Assembly: GCF_009914755.1 (NCBI RefSeq) | Contig: NC_060925.1 | Reading direction: 5' to 3' (one strand) | Length of the DNA stretch: 64,000 nt | Origin: the human T2T-CHM13v2.0 reference genome, Homo sapiens | In this document: positions 61,006 through 64,000 of the stretch, piece by piece | Position numbering within the stretch: position 1 is the stretch's first letter | Layout of the letters: every line of letters starts with the position of its first letter | The notes under the pieces: model-generated | Databases searched by the model: none | What the model was told of the DNA's origin: nothing | The model's input: the letters and a program-made list of their open reading frames with translations, nothing else | Program-made: the position numbers and the translations under genes

Positions 61006-61724
61006 GTGAGTACCTTTCTATGAAGGTGATAAGGATCCACTGAGTCTTCTGGTTAGGGTCATATTCCTACTGCAAGTGGCCCTTACTGAGCTGAGAGATG
61101 TCATTGCCACAGGGAGGAACTATAGGCACATGTAGGTTGAGTGAAACTCTAGTTCCACTTGGAAGCCCAGACAAGGGATGGGTCAGTGAGCAAGGCTCTC
61201 TTCGTAGTCTCAGGCCATGCCTGTGGCGCCCTAATCCTACTGTCAAGATGTTGGATCTGGGCAGATGTGACAAATTCACACAACTCTGATTTTGTCTCAA
61301 GTTTGTAGATCTTGTAGATTTCATCCTTCACTCTAATTTCAGCGTGTAAAATCCTCACTACCATGAACAATCTGAGTATTTGATGAGACAGGGCTGAATA
61401 GTGCAGTTTTTCTCTTAGCAGCCATTTGGGGGCATTTGCTTTAAATCGATTGGAAAAATATGGCATAACCATTTGCACAAACTTGGGACAAATGATATTG
61501 GGATAACGATCTACCAGAATAGGGAATTTTACCCACAGTTTCTGGGACAAAAACCAAGGAATCTCTATGGTGATCAGCCTTCAGGCCTCCTGAAGACTAT
61601 CTCTCACAGTGTCCTATTCTCATGCTGAGGAGCCTGAAGTCCCTGTGTGAGGATTAGACAGTGGATTGTTATGTGTGTAGGAGAACCAGCTTAATATGTC
61701 TGTCCATGTCTGAACTTATTGCAG

Positions 61725-61776
61725 AAATTGAAAAGTACAAAGAAGTGGAAGAAGACCAAGACCCATCATGCCCCAG
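61725..61776 (+). CDS. NBPF: Unit 11 HLS2 small exon
   Basis: 52 nt, AG/GT flanked. Confidence 0.92.
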
Positions 61777-62372
61777 GTAACTTTGAGCAATTATGGATGC
61801 TTAATTCTGTGTTGACACCTGGAGATGCCAGGTCCAGGGAAAACAAGAGTGTGTTCAATTTCATGTTTTCAACGAAGGTTGAATTACTCCTACTGACATT
61901 GCTGTTGGTTTTCATTGCAGTAGATGTTTAGGTTTCCATTTCTTCCTCCCCTTATCATTTACTCACTTACTATAGGTTGACCATACCTCAAAGGCTGTAT
62001 GGCAACTGCATGGAATCTTGAGCAAGTTTATGGAAAATTATTGAGCCCACTCTTTTCGTGATCACTGTTCGCTGTGTGTCCCGAGGGCACTAACTCAGAG
62101 TGTCCTTTGACCCCTTCATCAGTGTGTCACCCGGCCAATTCGCTGAGCTCACTTTCTCCTCTCTCTCTCTCTCCCTCTCCCTGTCTTTCTCTTTCATTCT
62201 TTTCTACCTGGCCCTGGTCTATCCCAACATAAAGGCAATAATTCATTACCTCATTAATGGATCTGTCCTATTTCTTTTTAAACAGTTCCTTATGTTAGCC
62301 ATGAAATCTAGCTGGGGCTGTGTGGTTTCTGATTCCCCCTGGCTTATTCTTTACTTTTTCCTACTTTTCCAG

Positions 62373-62545
62373 GCTCAGCAGGGAGCTGCTGGATGAGAAA
62401 GAGCCTGAAGTCTTGCAGGACTCACTGGATAGATGTTATTCGACTCCTTCAGGTTATCTTGAACTGCCTGACTTAGGCCAGCCCTACAGCAGTGCTGTTT
62501 ACTCATTGGAGGAACAGTACCTTGGCTTGGCTCTTGACGTGGACA
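62373..62545 (+). CDS. NBPF: Unit 11 HLS2 large exon
   Basis: 173 nt, AG/GT flanked. Confidence 0.93.
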
Positions 62546-63254
62546 GTGAGTACCTTACTGTGAAGGTGATAAGCCTCCACCTGGTCTTCCAGATAGGGGT
62601 GATATTCCTGTTCCAAGTGCCCCTTACTGACCCGAGAGACGTCATTGCCGCAGGCAGGACCTATGGGCGCATATAGGTTGTAATGAAACTGTAGTCTCAG
62701 TTGGAAGCCTAGACATGAAATGGGTCAGTGAGCAAGGCTCTATTCCTAGTCTCCAGCCATGCCTGTGGCAACCTGAGCCCGCTCTCAGCACATTGGACCC
62801 AGGCAGATGTAAAAAATTCACAGAAGTATGATTTGGACTCAAGGGTTTGTAGATTTCCTCCTTCATTCTAATTTCAGTGTCTAAAATTCTTGCATCCATG
62901 AACGAGCTGGGCATTTGATGAGACAGGGCTGAATACTTTAGTTTTCCTCCTGGAAATCATCTGGGGCATTTTCTTTGAACTGATGGGAACAATAAAGCAT
63001 AACTGTTTGCACAAACTTGGGATAAATGATTTTGGGATAACGATCTACCAGAATGGGGATATTTCACCCTTGGTTCTGAGATGCAAACCAAAGAATATCA
63101 TGACCAGCTTTCAGGCCTCCTGAAGTATATCTCTCACATTGTCCTGTTCTCATGCTGAGGAGCCTGAGATCCCTGTGTGGGGATTAGACAGTGGACTGTT
63201 ATGGGTGTAGGTGAATTGGCTTATTTTGTCTGTCCCTGTCTGAATGTATTGCAG

Positions 63255-63306
63255 GAATTAAAAAGGACCAAGAAGAGGAAGAAGACCAAGGCCCACCATG
63301 CCCCAG
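63255..63306 (+). CDS. NBPF: Unit 11 HLS3 small exon
   Basis: 52 nt, AG/GT flanked. Confidence 0.92.
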
Positions 63307-63701
63307 GTAACTGAGCAATTGTGAACAGCTACTTCTGTGTTGACATCTGGAGACTCCTGGTTCAGGGAAAACAGAGCGGGCTGACATTATCGATTACATC
63401 TTTTCAACCAAGCCTGAATTATTCCTACTAACATTGCTGTTGGTTTTCATTGCAGTAGATATTTAGGTTTCCATTTCTTCCTCCCCTTATCATTTACTAA
63501 CCTACTGTAGGTGGACCAGACTTCAAAAACTGTATTCTCATGGCGACTGCATGGAAACTTGAGCACATTTTATGGAAAATTATTGAGCACAGTCTTTTCA
63601 TGATCCCTGTATGCTGTGTGTCCTGAGGGCACTAACTCAGAGTGTCCTGTTACTCCCTCATCAGTGTGTCACCTGGACAATTCACTGAGCTCGTTCTCTC
63701 T

Positions 63702-63740
<39 letters not shown>

Positions 63741-63936
63741 TATCTGTCTTTCTCTTTCATTCTTTTCCATTTGGCCCTGTTCTGTCCCAACATGAAGGCA
63801 ATAATTTGTTACCTCATTAATGGATCTATCCTTTTAGTTTTTTAACCACTTCCCTATGCTACCCATGAAACCTAGTTGGGGCTCTGTTGTGTCTGATTTC
63901 CCCTGGCTTATTCTTTACTTTTTCCTCCTTTTCCAG

Positions 63937-64000
63937 GCTCAGCAGGGAGCTGCTGGAGGTAGTAGAGCCTGAAGTCTTGCAGGACTCACTGGATAGATGT
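63937..64000 (+). CDS. NBPF: Unit 11 HLS3 large exon (truncated by window end)
   Basis: ttccag|GCTCAGCAGGGAGCTGCTGGAGGTAGTAGAG... Confidence 0.9.

Larger units (their letters stand above)
1..64000 (+). other. NBPF: NBPF family gene, internal portion (Olduvai/DUF1220-expanded; NBPF10/NBPF14-like architecture, paralogue not determined)
   Basis: Exons encode hallmark NBPF peptides ([73 protein letters not shown]); all exon junctions are GT-AG and phase compatible with no stop codons. Confidence 0.97.
14511..64000 (+). repeat. Olduvai HLS tandem array: ~1.5-1.6-kb monomers organised as ~4.7-kb HLS1-HLS2-HLS3 triplets (10 triplets, last incomplete, plus 1 doublet)
   Basis: Starts of the 109-nt exon at 19207, 22409, 27117, 31851, 36564, 41278, 45978, 50690, 55398, 60116 (spacings 3202, then 4700-4734). 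Confidence 0.97.

Noticed and set aside
14511-64000. Regular repeat array as a CRISPR-like or novel repeat system
   Set aside because: Units are kb-scale exon-intron duplications of the known Olduvai triplet, with no unique spacers and no cas-like genes; the DNA is primate
1-64000. Assigning a specific paralogue symbol (NBPF10, NBPF14, etc.)
   Set aside because: Paralogues are near-identical and exchange sequence; flanking unique sequence or an alignment is needed

Overview
Primate (very probably human chr1) genomic DNA lying entirely inside one NBPF (neuroblastoma breakpoint family) gene on the + strand; both gene ends are outside the window. I can trace 73 GT-AG exons (the last one truncated) that splice into one uninterrupted frame of about 8.97 kb (about 2,990 aa). 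The order is CON1, coiled-coil cassette, second CON1, CON2, then 32 HLS-type Olduvai (DUF1220) domains from 14.5 kb to the end, as ten ~4.7-kb HLS1-HLS2-HLS3 triplets plus one anomalous 3.2-kb doublet. Two CON1 domains plus a large triplet expansion fit NBPF10/NBPF14-like paralogues, but I cannot fix the paralogue from sequence alone. The 5' introns hold five Alus, MIR and L1M relics, and an antisense L1PA fragment with a nested sense L1. The gene family is well known and I see no new biological system. The notable details are: a local 3.2-kb duplication giving an HLS1/HLS2 hybrid domain; a polybasic exon built from an out-of-frame 33-nt duplication; a latent CON3-like tail plus AATAAA in each HLS2 intron; a poly(A)-less L1 with a TSD and a twin-priming-like junction; a possible 3' transduction; a divergent fifth unit; and HLS2-specific CpG excess.
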